64,000 bases of DNA from Hypanus sabinus (taxonomy: Eukaryota). Each line of letters starts with the position of its first letter. Positions within the stretch are counted from its first letter, which is position 1. The notes beneath the pieces were generated by a model. That model saw only the letters and a program-made list of their open reading frames with translations. It did not search any database and was not told the DNA's origin. Made by a program: the position numbers and the translations under genes. The stretch spans positions 37,572,001-37,636,000 of the forward strand of contig NC_082711.1 of assembly GCF_030144855.1 (NCBI RefSeq). Direction: 5' to 3'. Of the stretch, positions 49,770-63,780 are shown piece by piece.

Positions 49770-50385
49770 GGTTATTAGTTTATTATTGTCTCATGTACTG
49801 AGAAAAGCTGTTGTTTGCATGCCATCCAGACACGTCAATCCATGCATAAGTACATCACTGTAGTACAGAAGGAAACAATGCCGAATATAGTGTTACAGTT
49901 ACAGAGAAAGTGTGGTGGACAGATAGCTTGCAAGGACCATGATGAGGTGAATAGAGATCAAGTGTTCATTTGTAGTGTATGAGGTCCGTGCAAGAGTTTT
50001 ATAACAGTGGGATAGAAGCTGTACTTGAGCCTGATCGTATGTATACTTAAGCTTTATATCTTATATTCAATAGGAGGCAGTAGGAAGAATAATGAGGATT
50101 AAAAGGGCTCTTGGTTATGTTTCCTGAGGTAGCATGAAGTGCAGATGGAGTCCGTGGAAGGTAAGGATGTCTTCATGACCAGCTGGCTCATTTCACTACT
50201 CTGCTATTTCTTGTGTTGTTGGGCAGAGTAGCTGCTACACCAAAATGCAAAGCATCCAGATAAGGTGCTTTCTGTGGGAATCTTAAAAATTTGTGAGTGT
50301 CTACAGGAACATGCTGAATCTTGATTTACTTCTGAAGAAGTGTGGTGTACTCTCTTGGCTTTCACACCCATGTAGCTGGACCAGT
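49770..50385 (-). mobile_element. Rex/Babar 3' fragment
   Basis: TESTLSGCFAFW..AQQHKK; TTTATT tail. Confidence 0.6.
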
Positions 50386-50675
50386 ACATGAAGGGACATC
50401 CATTTAGAACAGAGATGAGAAAGAATTTCTTTATCCAGACGGCAGTGAGTCGGTGAAATTCATTGCCACAGACGGCTGTGGAGGCCAAGTCATTGGATAT
50501 ATTTAAAGCAGAGGTTGATAAGTTCTTGATTAGACAGGACATCAGAGGTTACTGGAAGAAGGCAAGAGAATGGGGTAGAGAAGGATAATAAATCGCCCAT
50601 GATGAAATGGCAGAGCAGATTTCAATAGGCCAAACGGCATAATTCTGCTTCTATGATTTATGGTTTTATGGTTTA
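50386..50675 (+). mobile_element. CR1 3' end
   Basis: GHPFRTEMRKNFF..; (TTTTATGG)n tail. Confidence 0.82.
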
Positions 50676-51464
50676 CTGCAAATTGATAGGATACCTATTA
50701 ACTCAAAGTGCAGATACCATACAGAGGTCAGAATCTAACTCTACTCACTGAATCTGTGAGACAGCTGTATGACTTGATGTACAATTATGCTGCATTTAAC
50801 TACAGTGCATTTCGCAGTTATTTTGAGCTGCTACCTTTATACTCCAGTGGCTGAGGCGAACAGGGCAGTGAATGTGGGCTTTTGGTTTTGGTAGTGTTGA
50901 GACAGTCAAAAGTTGGTGGACTTACAGCAATTCAGGCAAGTAAAAAGTGTTCCAGCCTCCTGAGCTATTCCTTGTAGGCTGTGGTGTCAGGAGATGAGCC
51001 ACTTGCTATAGGATGCTTAACATCTCATATCCATAATCTTAACATGGCTGGTCAATGTCAGTTATTGGTCAATGTGAACCCTAACAGGTTGATTGGGAAC
51101 TCGGTGGCAATAATGCCCCTGAATAGGAGATTAGTTTCTTTTTTTTTTGTTTGTGTTGGTCTCTGCCTGGCATGATTCTCGCTCATACGTTACTGATTAT
51201 TTACCATCCCTTGCCTGAATGATTTCTAGATCCTGCTGCATGCAAGCTTCATATGCTGAGGAATTGCAAATGGACTCAACATTGCATGAACTTTCGATCT
51301 TATGGAAAGACAATCAATCATGAAGCAGCTGAAAATGGTTTGACCTTGATCATTAAGGCTAAGGAATTTGTACAGTACTACCCTGAGGTTAGGACGACTA
51401 ATTCTTCTTGCCAGATTTGTCTCCAGCCATTGGAATTCTATACCAATGATGATCACAGTAACCA

Positions 51465-52845
51465 GAGCACAATTGTTCAACTTCCACCCTGCTTGTAAAA
51501 TCACTTGGTCTATTTCTGACACCTCTCTCCCCTTTCTTGGTCTGTCTCCATCTCAGGGGAAAAAAAAATCTACCAATATTTTTTTATAAACCTACCAATT
51601 CCCACAGTTATCTTAACTATACCTCTTCCCACCCTGACTACTGTAAAAATGCTATTCCCTTTTCTCAGTTTCTTCAATTCTGCCACATCTGTACCTAGAA
51701 TGAGGCTTTTCTTTCCATGACATCAGAGGTACCCTCCTCCGCCAAAGAACAAACGTTTTCTTCCTGCACCATTGATGCTGCCCTCACCCACATTTCTTCC
51801 AGTTCCCGGACATCCACGCTCACCTCATCATCCCACCACCTTAACAGGGATAGAGTTCCTCTTGTCCACAGCTACCATCCTAAAAGCCACTGCATCCAAC
51901 ACATCATTCTCCACAACTTCTGCCATCTTCAACAGGTAAAGCACATCTTTACCTCCTGCCCCCCTCCCCTCCCCACCAACAGGGATTGCTCCCTCCACGA
52001 TTCCTTTATCCATTCATCCCTCCCACACTGACCCGTCCTGGCACGTATCTCTGCAAGTGACAGATACACTACAATTGCCCATTTACCTCCTCCCTTTCTT
52101 CCATTCAGGGTCCCAGACAGTCCTTCCAGGTGAGGCAACGTTTCACTTGTGAATCTGTTGGGATTGTCTATTGTATCCAGTGCTCCTGATGCTGTCTCCT
52201 GTACGCTTGTTAGACCAGACATAAATTGGGGGAATCGCTTTGTCAAACTCCTCCACTCCATCCGCCAAAAGTGGAATTTCCTAGTGGCCAACCATTTTGA
52301 TTCCTATCCCCATTCCCGTTCCAACATGTCAGTCCACAGCCTCCTCTTTTGCCATGATGAGACCACTCTCAGGGTGGAGGAATGACACCTCACATTCCAT
52401 CTAGGTAGCCTCCAACCTGATGGCATGAACATCAATTTCTCCTTTTGGTAATTCTTTCTCCTGCCTTTCTCTCTTCTTCTAACCTCTGACCCTTCTCTCT
52501 CCTTACGTCACTTGGCTATCACCTATCCCCATTGCCCCTCCTTCTTCCCTTTCTTCCATGGTTCACTCTCCTCTCCTACCTGATTCCTTCTTTTCCAGCC
52601 CTTGACATTTCCCACCCACCTGGCTTCACCTATCACTTTCCAGTTATCCTCCTACCCCTCTCCACGTCTTTTAATTCTGCCATCTTCCCTGTCCCGCTTC
52701 CTTTCCAGTCCTGAATAAAAGTCTCAACCCAGAATGTCAACTGTTTATTCATTTCCATAGATGTTGCCTGACCTGCTGAGTTCCAATAGCATTGTGTGTG
52801 TGTTGCTTTGGATTTCCAGCATCTGCAGAATCTCTAGTGTTTATT
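51465..52845 (+). mobile_element. Penelope-like element, RT C-terminus + GIY-YIG + 3' repeat
   Basis: NFHPACKITWSISDTSLPFL, NRDRVPLVHSYHP, GNRFVKLLHSI..VANHFDS; terminal GATGTTGCCTGACCTGCTGAGTTCC..CCAGCATCTGCAG. Confidence 0.85.
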
Positions 52846-53239
52846 CTTCAAGTCAGTCTGGGGTATTGTCTGGTCCCATGGTCTTTGCTTTATCCAGAGC
52901 CCCTAACTACTTTAGGATATTATGTGGAGTGAATCAAATTAGTTGATGGGTTATCAATCAGAAATCAAGGTGATCCACTTGTCACCTGTCTGGCTGAATA
53001 TAGCTGTGATCTTTTCTACATAGTTGTGACGTTTCCAAGATTTTTTTTTAATCCATATGCCAAAGTCATACCCTTTTTGAGACCAGTGATGTTTCTAAAA
53101 CTACCTCATCAGGTTCGCTGTTTCTTGTACACCATCATTCACTTGGAATACAGAATTCCGATCTGATTCATTGCTTGTGTGGTTTTTAGCTTTTTCTGTT
53201 TGACCATCATGGTCACAGTACAACTGAGTGGCTTGCTTT

Positions 53240-53520
53240 GCTACTTCAGAGGGCAGTCAAAATTGAACCAACCAGATCAACCTGGAGTTACATATAAGAC
53301 AGACTGATGTACAGATACCAAATATCTTACTCTAAAGAACAAGGGGTTTGACAACAATCATGAAGTTTCAATGGCCATCATTACCAAGAACAGCTGATGA
53401 TTTCCCAAATTCTAGATAATTAAGTGAATTTAAGCTCCATCTGGGATTTGAACCGATGTTTCTGGATTGTTACTTTAGGCCTGTGGATTATTGGTCCGGT
53501 AACTAAATCACTGTATTTAC
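53240..53520 (-). mobile_element. Ancient tRNA-derived SINE
   Basis: GGGATTTGAACC B-box-like motif; highly decayed body. Confidence 0.45.
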
Positions 53521-54826
53521 CAGACATCGCGTTTACCAAATGAATAACCAGATGACCTAATACTGTGGATCAAAATCATCAAATTAGGTCATCTGGTTAT
53601 TCATTTTATTGTTGTTTGAACAACTTTATCAATAAATATTACCTTCATTTTCTGAAGAGTAAATAGGAAAAGACCTTTAATAATTGTTTAACTTGTCCTA
53701 CCTACAGCCTAAGTACCTATGAACTTGAAAAGGCAAATGAAAAGCAAGTTCGTGACTGTTCAGTGTCTTAAAAATGGCCTGTAGATCTGAAACATGCACG
53801 TAAATATCCATTTGTTCTTCTGATGGAATTACTTTATTATTGTAGTACAGACAAGGGAATGTAGTGGGAGCCCCTTGGGGCTTCATGGCTTGTATGTTTT
53901 CATTTCCTTCACAAACTCTCCTCTTAACAACAAAGCAGTGTTTCGATTCACCAGAGTTTTTAAGTGCTACTGGACACTTCCAGCTTCCATAAATATTGAA
54001 AGGTTTGCTAAAATACTTCAACAATGATAAAAGATTCAGATTGTAACTTTGGTAGTTGTTTCTTAAAAGCATCAACCATCCACCACCAGCTCCAAACTCT
54101 TCCACTACAGTCCCCACCCCTCACTTCTTTATCTTCCTTGGACAAGATAGAAGACAACCAAGATTTGAAACACCATTTCCCAACAGATATGCCTTTGGTT
54201 CTGCATTGATTGAGATGGAGTTTTAAGAATTCTTCCTCCTAGAAAATAGGCCAAATTTGTTTTCAAAAATTAATGGTCTTCAAAAAAATAAGACATCAAG
54301 AACTATGGTGAAACTTTTATATGTTTTACATTCTTGCTTCTAGAATACAGAACATATTCTGTAATAATGTTTTTATTTCTGAAAAGGTTAAAGGAATCCA
54401 AAAACTGACTACCTGCAAAGTGAAAAAAAAATATAAAGCCATGTTGCTTTCTGCTACAGTCAATATTACTCGCAGGGGAACATTTCCAGTTTCCTCTTGG
54501 ATCGTTGGCTTTTAATACTGGGTACCCACATATTCCCTTAAGGTATTATTTTACTCCATTAAGATACTTTCTGCAATCCTCATCATTTCTCTTGTGGATT
54601 TCAGTTTGGTTAATTTGTGAATCGATTTTGCCTTCAATAGATTTTGTAATCTGTTCCCTTCTGCCGAATTCTTGCGCTGAAGTGCAACATTCCTGTGACC
54701 TAAAATATGTTTCAAATATTAGTTTGGCTGGAACACCTTGGGGAAAGAATGGCCCTGTGTTGCAAAATCAGGATTTTTGTTTCTGAATGCAATTATGCTG
54801 TTAATGGACACAAGGACTGAACAGCC

Positions 54827-55041
54827 TGATGCACCATCAATAACACTCTGAGACATAAAGGCGAGATATCGGCTTTTATTGACTGGAAGAAGGAACAAGC
54901 AATGAGTGACCACCATACTACATCCTGGAGACTGAGAGGCTGGGCTCAGGCCTCAATCGTCTTTATACAGGGGTCTGTGGGAGGAGCCACAGGAGCAGTC
55001 AGCAGGGGGCGTGTCCAGACAGGTATATGTAGTTCACCACA
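54827..55041 (-). mobile_element. Solo LTR, 215 bp
   Basis: TG...CA termini; minus strand TATAAA followed by AATAAA; flanks CAGCC (54822-54826) and CAACC (55042-55046) form a 5-bp TSD with one mismatch. Confidence 0.75.
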
Positions 55042-55184
55042 CAACCCCTATTCCCCTATTATCCTGTTTTAACACAAATAGATACTGAATCATGTTTATT
55101 AACAGAGATAAACTGAGTCACAGAATTATAGATAATCTTTGTACAATTTCTCTCAGAGAGCCTGATTCTCTGAGAATAAAATGT

Positions 55185-58100
55185 AGCCAGTCCTAAAGCT
55201 ATCAGGCACTTTTCATATGACAAGCCATTTAATCCCGGAATCATTTTAGTGAACCTCCTTTGAACTCTCTCCAGTTTCAGCACATCCTTTCTAAGATAAA
55301 GGGCTCAAATCTGCTCACAACACTCCAAGTGAGGCCTCACCGATGCTTTATAAAGTTTCAACATTACATCCTTGCTTTTATATTCTAGTCCTCTTGAAAT
55401 GAATGCTAACATTGCATTTACCTTCTTTACCATAGACTTAATCTGCATACTAACCTTTAGGGAATCCTGCACAAGCACTGCCAAGTCCATTTGCATCTCA
55501 GTTTTTTGTATTTTCCCTCCATTTAGAAAATTGTCAACTCTTTCTTTTCTTCTACCAAAGTGCATGACCATACATTTCCTGATACTGTATTCCATCTGCC
55601 GTTTCTTTGCCTATTCTCCTAATCTGTCTAATTCCTTCTGTGGCCTCTCTTCTTCCTCAAAACCACCTGTTTCTACACTATCTTCATATTGTCGGCAAAC
55701 TTTGCAACAAAGCCATCAATTCCATCATCTAAATCATTGACATACAATGTAAAAAGAATCGGTTCGAACGCAGACCCCTGTGAAACACCACTAGTCACCA
55801 GCAGCCAGCCGGAAAATGCTCCCTTTATTCCTTTGCCTCCTGCCAGTGTGCCACTGCTTTATCCATGCTAGAATCTTTCCTGTGGAACACAGGCTCATAG
55901 CTTGTTAAGCAACCTCATGTGCCACTTTGTCAAATGCCTTCTGAAAATCCAAATACTCAACATCAACCAATTCTCCTTTGTCTATCCTGTTGGTTACTTC
56001 TTCAAAGAATTCCAACAGATTTGTCAGACAAGATTTTCTCTTGAAGAAACCTTGCTGACTATGGCCTATTTTATCATTGCCTCCAAGTACCCTGAGACCT
56101 CATCCTTAATAATTGACTCCAACATCTTCCCAACCACTGCCTCTCTATCCCTCTTCTTGAAGAATGGAGTGAGATTGCAATTTTCCAGTCTTCAGGAACC
56201 ATTCCGGAGTCTAGTGCTTCTTGAAACAGCATTACTAATGGCTCCATGATCTCTTCAGCAACCTCTTTCAGAACACTGGGATGTACACCATCTGGTCCAG
56301 ATGACTTAACGACCTTCAGACTTCTCAGTTTCCTAAGAACCTTCTCTCTAGTTACGGTAGCTTCACACACTGCATGACCCCTGACACCTGGAACTTCTTC
56401 CTAATGTCTTCCACAACAAAGCTTCCCAATCCTCTAATTTCCAACTAATCCTTGTTCTATTATATGCCCTCATTTTGGCTTTTATGTTGGCTTTGACTTC
56501 TCTTGTTATCCATGGTTGTGTTCTCTTTCCTTTAGAATACTTCTTCTTCTTTGGGATGTATATATCCTGTGCCTTCCAAATTGCTTCCAGAAATTCCAGC
56601 CATTGCTGCTCTGCCATCATCCCTGCCAGTGTTCTTGTCCAATAAATTTTAGCCAACTCCTCTCTCAGGTCTCTGTAATTCCCTTTACTCCACTGTACAC
56701 TGATGCATCTGACTTTAGCTTCTCCTTCTCAAATTTCAGGGTCAATTTGATCATATTATGATCACTTGCCCCGAAGGGTTCTTTCATCTTAAGCTTGCTA
56801 ATCAAATCTGGTTCATTGCACAACACCCAGTCCAGAATTGCTGATCCTCTAGTAGGCTCAACAATGAGCTGCTCTAAAATACCATCTCGTAGGCACTCTG
56901 GAAATTCCCCCTCCTGTAATGCAGCACCAACCTGATTTTCCCAATCTACCTGTGTATTGATGTTCCCCACAATGATTGTGACACTGTTGTTTCGGTATGC
57001 ATTTTCTGTCTTCCATTGTAATTTGTATGCAACATTCTTACTACTGTTTGGTGAGTCTGTATACAATTCCCACCAGTGTCTCTTTACTCTTGTAGTTCCT
57101 TAATTCTATCCACAATGATTCAACACCTTCCAACTCTTTGCCATCTCTAATGCTTTGATTTCATTTTTTACCAACAGAGCAACACTGTCCCCTCTGCCTT
57201 CCTGCCTATCCTTTTGATACAATATGGATCTTTGGACATTAAGCACCCAGCTATAATCTTTCAGCCACGATTCCGTGATGCCTACAATATCATACCTGTC
57301 AATCTGCAACTGTGCTGCAAGTTCATCTACCTTATTCTATATACTATGCACCTTCACCTTCAGTCCTGTATTCACCCTTTTCAATTTTGTCATGTCATGC
57401 TCAACCTTTTGATTTCTAACTTTGTTTGAGGTCTTAGCAACATCTGCCTCCACAACCTCTCCACTCACTGTCCTGGCACTCTGGTTCCCATCCCCCTGCA
57501 ACTCTAGCTTAAACCCCACAGTGCAACATCAACAAACCTTCCCACTAGGATATTAATCTCCCTTTAGTTTAGCTGCAAACTGTCCATTATTTACAGGTCC
57601 CACATTCCCTGGAAGAGAGACCAATGATCCAAAACTCTTATGCCTTTCCTCCTACACCAACTCCTTAGCCACATATTAAACTCTATAATCTTCCTAGTTC
57701 TGGCCTCACTAACACGTGTAGCATTCCTGAGATCACAACCCTGGAAGTCCTGTCTTTTCAATTAGCACCTAACTCCCTGCACTGCCTATGCAGAACCTCA
57801 TCACTTATCCTATCCGCGTCATTGGTACCTACATGGACCACAACTTCTGGCTGTTCACCCTTCCACTCAAGAATAATGAGGACTCGATCCAAAATGTCCT
57901 GGACCCTTGCACCTGCTGGGCAACATGCCACCTGGGAATCTCATGCCCATCCACAGAACCTCCTGTCCACTCCTCTAATGAATCCCGTATCACCCCAACA
58001 TGCTTCTACTCCCCCTTCCCTTCTGAGTCAGACAGGCAGGCAGTGCCAGAGACCCGACCACTGTGACTTTCATTTGTTAGGTTATCCCACCCCCCCTGAC

Positions 58101-58620
58101 ATAATCCAAAGTGGTCTACCTGTTACTGAGGGGGCTGGCCACAGGGGCACTCTGCACTGGCTCCTTAACCCCTTTTCCCATCCTGACTGTCACCCAGTTT
58201 CCTGCGTCCTGCACCTTGGGAGTTAACTACCTCTCTATATGTCCTATCCATCATTTCATCGGCCTCCTGAATGATCTGGAGTTCATCCAGTTCCAGCTCC
58301 AGCTCTTTAACGTGGTTTCTTAGAAGCTGCAGCTGGATGCACTTCTCACAGTTGTAGTTGTCGTTGTCAGGGATACTGGAGGTCTCCCTGCCTTCCCACA
58401 TCCCACAAGAGGAGCACTGCAGTATCCTGCCTGTCACCTCTACCTGGCTGAGCTGATATACAGAAGAGAAGGAAAAAAACTTGAGCTTTTCTTTCCGAGT
58501 AAAGCCGCTCTTTGCTAAAACCTTAAGATCACCACTCTGACTATGTCCACTCAGATGATGACCGGTACTCTTGCCCCTGCCTTCCTTTAATTTGCTTTTA
58601 ATTAATCACAAATGCTGATC
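55185..58620 (-). mobile_element. Near full-length decayed CR1 (5'UTR, ORF1, ORF2), missing 3' end
   Basis: ORF1 N-terminus CSSCGMWE..CEKCIQLQLL..LELELDEL (zinc finger/leucine zipper); APE YDIVGITESWL, SAILDWVLCNE..SDHN; RT fragments. Confidence 0.9.
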
Positions 58621-58971
58621 AGCTACTGGCAAAACTTGTTTACATTGCTATGAACCATTCCTGCCTTTTACCCTGTTTCAAGTCCCTTCCTCTCCAAACT
58701 TCTGATGTCCTGATTCGCCGTTGGTCAAGTATTGAGTACATGAGATGAAGTGAGTCCATAGGTTGTGAATGGAAGGGCAAAGGGCTGAAGAAGATTGAAT
58801 CTGATAGGAGAGGACAGTAGATCATGGATTAAAGATAAGGAGGTGGTGAACCAGAGGGAGGACAATGTGGGATGTGGGCAGTGACAGCATCGAGACCCAA
58901 TGTAGATTTGGTGATCACTTTGTTGAGCACCTTTGTTCCATCCACAATAAAAGCTAGTCATTTCAACTCCA

Positions 58972-61900
58972 TATAACCATATAACATAAAACATATAACA
59001 ATCACAGCACGGAAACAGGCCATCTCGGCCCTCCTAGTCCGTGCCGAACTCTTAATCTCACCTAGTCCCACCTACCCGCACTCAGCCCATAACCCTCCAC
59101 TCCTTTCCTGTCCATATACCTATCCAATTTTACCTTAAATGACACAGCTGAACTGGCCTCTACTACTTCTACAGGAAGCTCATTCCACACAGCTATCACT
59201 CTCTGAGTAAAGAAATACCCCCTCATGTTTCCCTTAAACTTCTGCCCCCTAACTCTCAAATCATGTCCTCTCGTTTGAATCTCCCCTACTCTCAATGGAA
59301 ACAGCCTATTCACGTCAACTCTATCTATCCCTCTCAAAATTTTAAATACCTCGATCAAATCCCCCCTCAACCTTCTATACTCCAATGAATAGAAACCTAA
59401 CTTGTTCAACCTTTCTCTGTAACTTAAGTGCTGAAACCCAGGTAACATCCTAGTAAATTGTCTCTGCACTCTCTCTAATTTATTGATATCTTTCCTATAA
59501 TTCGGTGACCAGAACTGCACACAATATTCTAAATTTGGCCTTACCAATGCCTTGTACAATTTTAACATTACATCCCAACTTCTGTACTCAATGCTTTGAT
59601 TCATAAAGGCCAGCGTTCCAAAAGCCTTCTTCACCACCCTATCTACATGAGACTCCACCTTCAGGGGACTATGCACTGTTATTCCTAGATCTCTCTGTTT
59701 CTCTGCATTCCTCAATGCCCTACCATTTACCCTGTATGTTCTATTTGGATTATTCCTGCAAAATGTAGAACCTCACACTTCTCAGCATTAAACTCCATCT
59801 GCCAACGTTCAGCCCATTCTTCTAACCGGCATAAATCTCCCTGCAAGCTTTGAAAACCCACCTCATTATCCACAACACCTCCTACCTTAGTATCATCTGC
59901 ATACTTACTAATCCAATTTACCACTCCATCATCCAGATCATTTATGTATAGTACAAACAACATTGGACCCAAAACAGATCCCTGAGGCACCCCGCTAGTC
60001 ACCGGCCTCCATCCCGACACCCCTACTCTCTGGCATCTCCCATCTAGCCACTGTTGAATCCATTTTATTACTCCAGCATTAATACCTAACGACTGAACCT
60101 TCTTAACTAACCTTCCATGTGGAACTTTGTCAAAGGCTTTGCTGAAGTCCACATAGACTACATCCACTGCCTTACCCTTGTCAACATTCCTCGTAACTTC
60201 TTCAAAAAATTCAATAAGGCTTGTCAAACATGACCTTCCATGCACAAATCCATGCTGGCTACTCCTAATCAGATCCTGTCTATCCAGATAATTATTAATA
60301 CTATCTCTAAGAATACTTTCCATTAATTTACCCACCACTGATGTCAAACTGACAGGTCTATAATTGCTAGGCTTACTTCTAGAACCCTTTTTAAACAATG
60401 GAACCACATGAGCAATACGCCAATCCTCCGGCAGAATCCCCGTTTCTAATGACATCTTAAAGATCTCCGTCAGAGCTCCTGCTATCTCTACACAAACTTC
60501 CCTCAAGGTCCTGGGGAATATCCTGTCAGGACCCGGAGATTTATCCTCTTTTAAATTTTTTAAAAACGCCAGTACTTCTACCTCTTTAATTGTCATAGGT
60601 TCCATAACTTCCTTACTTGTTTCCCACACCTTACACAATTCAATATCCTTCTCCTTAGTGAATACCGAAGAGAAGAAATCGTTCAAAATCTCTCCCATCT
60701 CCCTTGGCTCCACACATAGCTGACCACTCTGATTCTCTAAGGGGCCAATTTTATCCCTCACTATTCTCTTGCTTTTAATATAACTGTAGAAACCTTTCAG
60801 ATTTACTTTCACCTTATTTGCCAAACCAACCTCGTATCTTCTTTTAGCTTTTCTAATCTCTTTCTTAAGATTCCTTTTACATTCTTTATATTCCTCGAGC
60901 AATTCCTTTACTCCATGCTGCCTATATCTATTGTAGACATCCCTCTTTATCCGAACCAACTTTCTAATATCCCTTGAAAACCATGGTGCTTTCAAACCTT
61001 TAACCTTTCCTTTCAACCTAACAGGAACATAAAGATTCTGTACCCTCATAATTTCACCCTTAAATGACCTCCATTTCTCTATTACATCCTTCCCATAAAA
61101 CAACTTGACCCAATCCACTCTCTCTGAATCCCTTCGCATTCTCCAATCAAAAATCTCAACTCTAGGTCTTGTCCTGTTCTTTTCCATAATTATATTGAAG
61201 CTAATGCTATTGTGATCACTGGACCCGAAGTGCTCCCCAACACATACATCTGTCAGTTGACCTATCGCATTCCCTAACAGGTGATCCAACACTGCCCCAT
61301 ATCTAGTTGGTACTTCTATGTATTGTTGCAAAAAACTATCCTGCACACATTTCACAAGCTCTAAACCATCCAGCCCTTTTACAGAATGAGCTTCCCAGTC
61401 TACATGTGGAAAATTAAAATCTCCCACAATCACCACCTTGTGTTTACTACAAATATCTGCTATCTCCTTACACATTTGCTCTTCCAACTCATGCTCCCCA
61501 TTAGGTGGCCTATAATACACTCCTATCAGTGTTATTACACCCTTCCCATTCCTCAATTCCACCCAAATAGCCTCCCTAGAGGAGCTCTCTAATCTATCCT
61601 TCCAAAGCACCGCCATAAGATTTTCTCGGACAAGCAATGCAACACCTCCTCCTCTGGCCCCTCCTACTCTATCACACCTGAAGCAACTAAATCCAGGAAT
61701 ATTTAGTTGCCAATCACACCCTTCCTGCAACCATGTTTCACTAATAGCTACAACATCATAATTCCAGGTATCAATCCACGCTTTAAGTTCATCCACCTTT
61801 CTTACAATGCTCCTAGCATTAAATAGATACATTTAAGATACTCTCCACCTCCTCCTCTCTTTTCATCCCTAACAATGCATTCAAATTTATTATCCTTTTC

Positions 61901-62036
61901 TTCCTTCTCCCCTACATCTTCGGGCTGAGCGCATCCCTTCTCCATCACCTGCCTTTCCTCCCTCACACACTGTCTATTTACTTGCTCTACTGGCGAACTA
62001 ACCTCCCCTCCCATAGTTTCTTCAAATTGATTCCCA
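58972..62036 (-). mobile_element. Young CR1 with nearly intact ORF2 (APE endonuclease + RT)
   Basis: 701-aa and 217-aa ORFs separated by one frameshift at about 59757; [44 protein letters not shown]; (TATGGTTA)-like tail. Confidence 0.95.
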
Positions 62037-62069
62037 CTTTGACTCCAAATTGACTCCACTTTCCAGCCC

Positions 62070-62345
62070 TACACTTCAGGCTCCTGTATGTCCTCCCTGA
62101 TGGTTGCAATGAGAAGAGGACATGTCCTAGCGGGTGATGGTACTTAATGATGGATTCCACTTTCTTAAGGCACTGCCTTCTAAAGACGTCCCAATACCTT
62201 CACTGTAATTGTATCAATATGGTGAGCTCAGGATACATCATCTTAGACCTTGATACCCAAGAACTTCAAGCTGCTCAGTCTAGCCGCACAGTTGTGATAA
62301 TTATCAATGACTGCCAATCAGTCTCTCCTTGCCTGGAAAGTGAAT
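62070..62345 (-). mobile_element. Rex/Babar fragment
   Basis: CTTCAGGCTCCTGTA..CCTGATGG..GAGAAGAGG block shared with other copies. Confidence 0.6.
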
Positions 62346-63579
62346 AATTGGAAACTATTGAATTGTGAACAATTTAAGAAAGTAAAATTTGAAATGTTTC
62401 TATTTTTACTTTCTGTTTTCATCTCTCTTTTCTCTTGTCCACACTCCAATCTTTCTTTCTATAGCTTTACTTCTCTTTTTGTATGCAGTTTGAGAGCGAA
62501 TTTACCCTTTTGAATTCGGTCTCGTCAGTCTTCCACTAGTACTTTATGACATACACTTACACTCATGCAACTTTATGGGGTCAAGAGCCATAAACCAGAA
62601 TAAATGACATTTAACATAATTGTCACCAAAATTGAAAAGCATCATTTTCAACCCAAATCAATTACAATCTCATTAAATAGCAGAAAGACTTGAGGTGTTG
62701 AATAGCTGGTCTTGTTCCCATGTTCCTAATTCTCATTAAAATTTAAATCAATTGGGTATGAAGAGCTCTTTTACCTTAATTCCAATTTTCAATGGATTTT
62801 CATCCCCAGTATTGAGGAAATATTAAGCAAAAATAAACTATTGTTCACCAAATTAGATTTCTTTAAAAAAAATCAACCATTCCTGTCAAATCTATTTTGA
62901 ATTTGTTCACTGCTATTTTAAATTATTAACTACCATTAGACCATTAGTACCAACACACAAGCCAACTTTTCAAATTTAATCAAATTTCAAGTTCATTGCA
63001 AAAGCCAGATTTCATCAGCTTCACCAAATAGAAAGAAGGTGCCAGATTCCATGTTTACAGTAGGGAGTTGTTTTCTGCCAGTGGAAGGACTGTGTGATGA
63101 CTATCAGGATACATGACCAAATATGCAGTGTAACACAAGAGAAGCTGAAAATTGCTTTGGATTTTGAGGTGCAAAATCTTATAGAATAATTTCCAGCCAA
63201 TTAAAGCTACTCTTTCCAGCACCTCCAGAGCTCTGTCGATCCAATGAATCACCCAAAGCAAGGCTTGACCAGTAGTGAACACCAACCTCTCCACATAACC
63301 CAAAATATAGTCAACAGAAAGGACACAATATTTATTTGAACTGACTCATGTTTTTTTCTAAGATTGGACAGCCTGTATAAATTACTTCTCTATCTTTAAG
63401 TGTGGTCCAGAAGATTACATGTTCCATTTGATACCTCACTACTAACTACCAACAAGATGTTTTGGAAACTGGGAGTTATTTACATATTATTGGAAAAACA
63501 GAATGGGTTTTAGGAACCTGGGGAAAGTGAAAGCCGTTTGCATTTGAAGCACGTTTCACCACTCTATGAGATCATGACA

Positions 63580-63780
63580 GCACAGCAGCATAGTTAGGAG
63601 GCCTGCTACCTCACACCTAGAAGGGCTTAGGTTCAATCTTGGCCTTCTGTGTGGAGTTTACACCCCCTCCTCTTGACCAGACATGTTTCCTCCAGGTAAT
63701 CTGGTTTTCTTCCATATCCCAATGACATGCAGGCCAGCAAATTAAATGACCACTGTAAATTGCCTCTAACATGCAGATTG
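63580..63780 (+). mobile_element. V-SINE/HE1-like SINE
   Basis: GGTTCAATC B box, TGTGTGGAGTTT, TTTCCTCCAGGT..GGTTTTCTTCC, TGTAAATTGCC. Confidence 0.65.

Noticed and set aside
58960-62060. TSD for the young CR1 (ACTCCA at both ends)
   Set aside because: Only 6 bp and embedded in a local TTGACTCCA duplication, so ambiguous.
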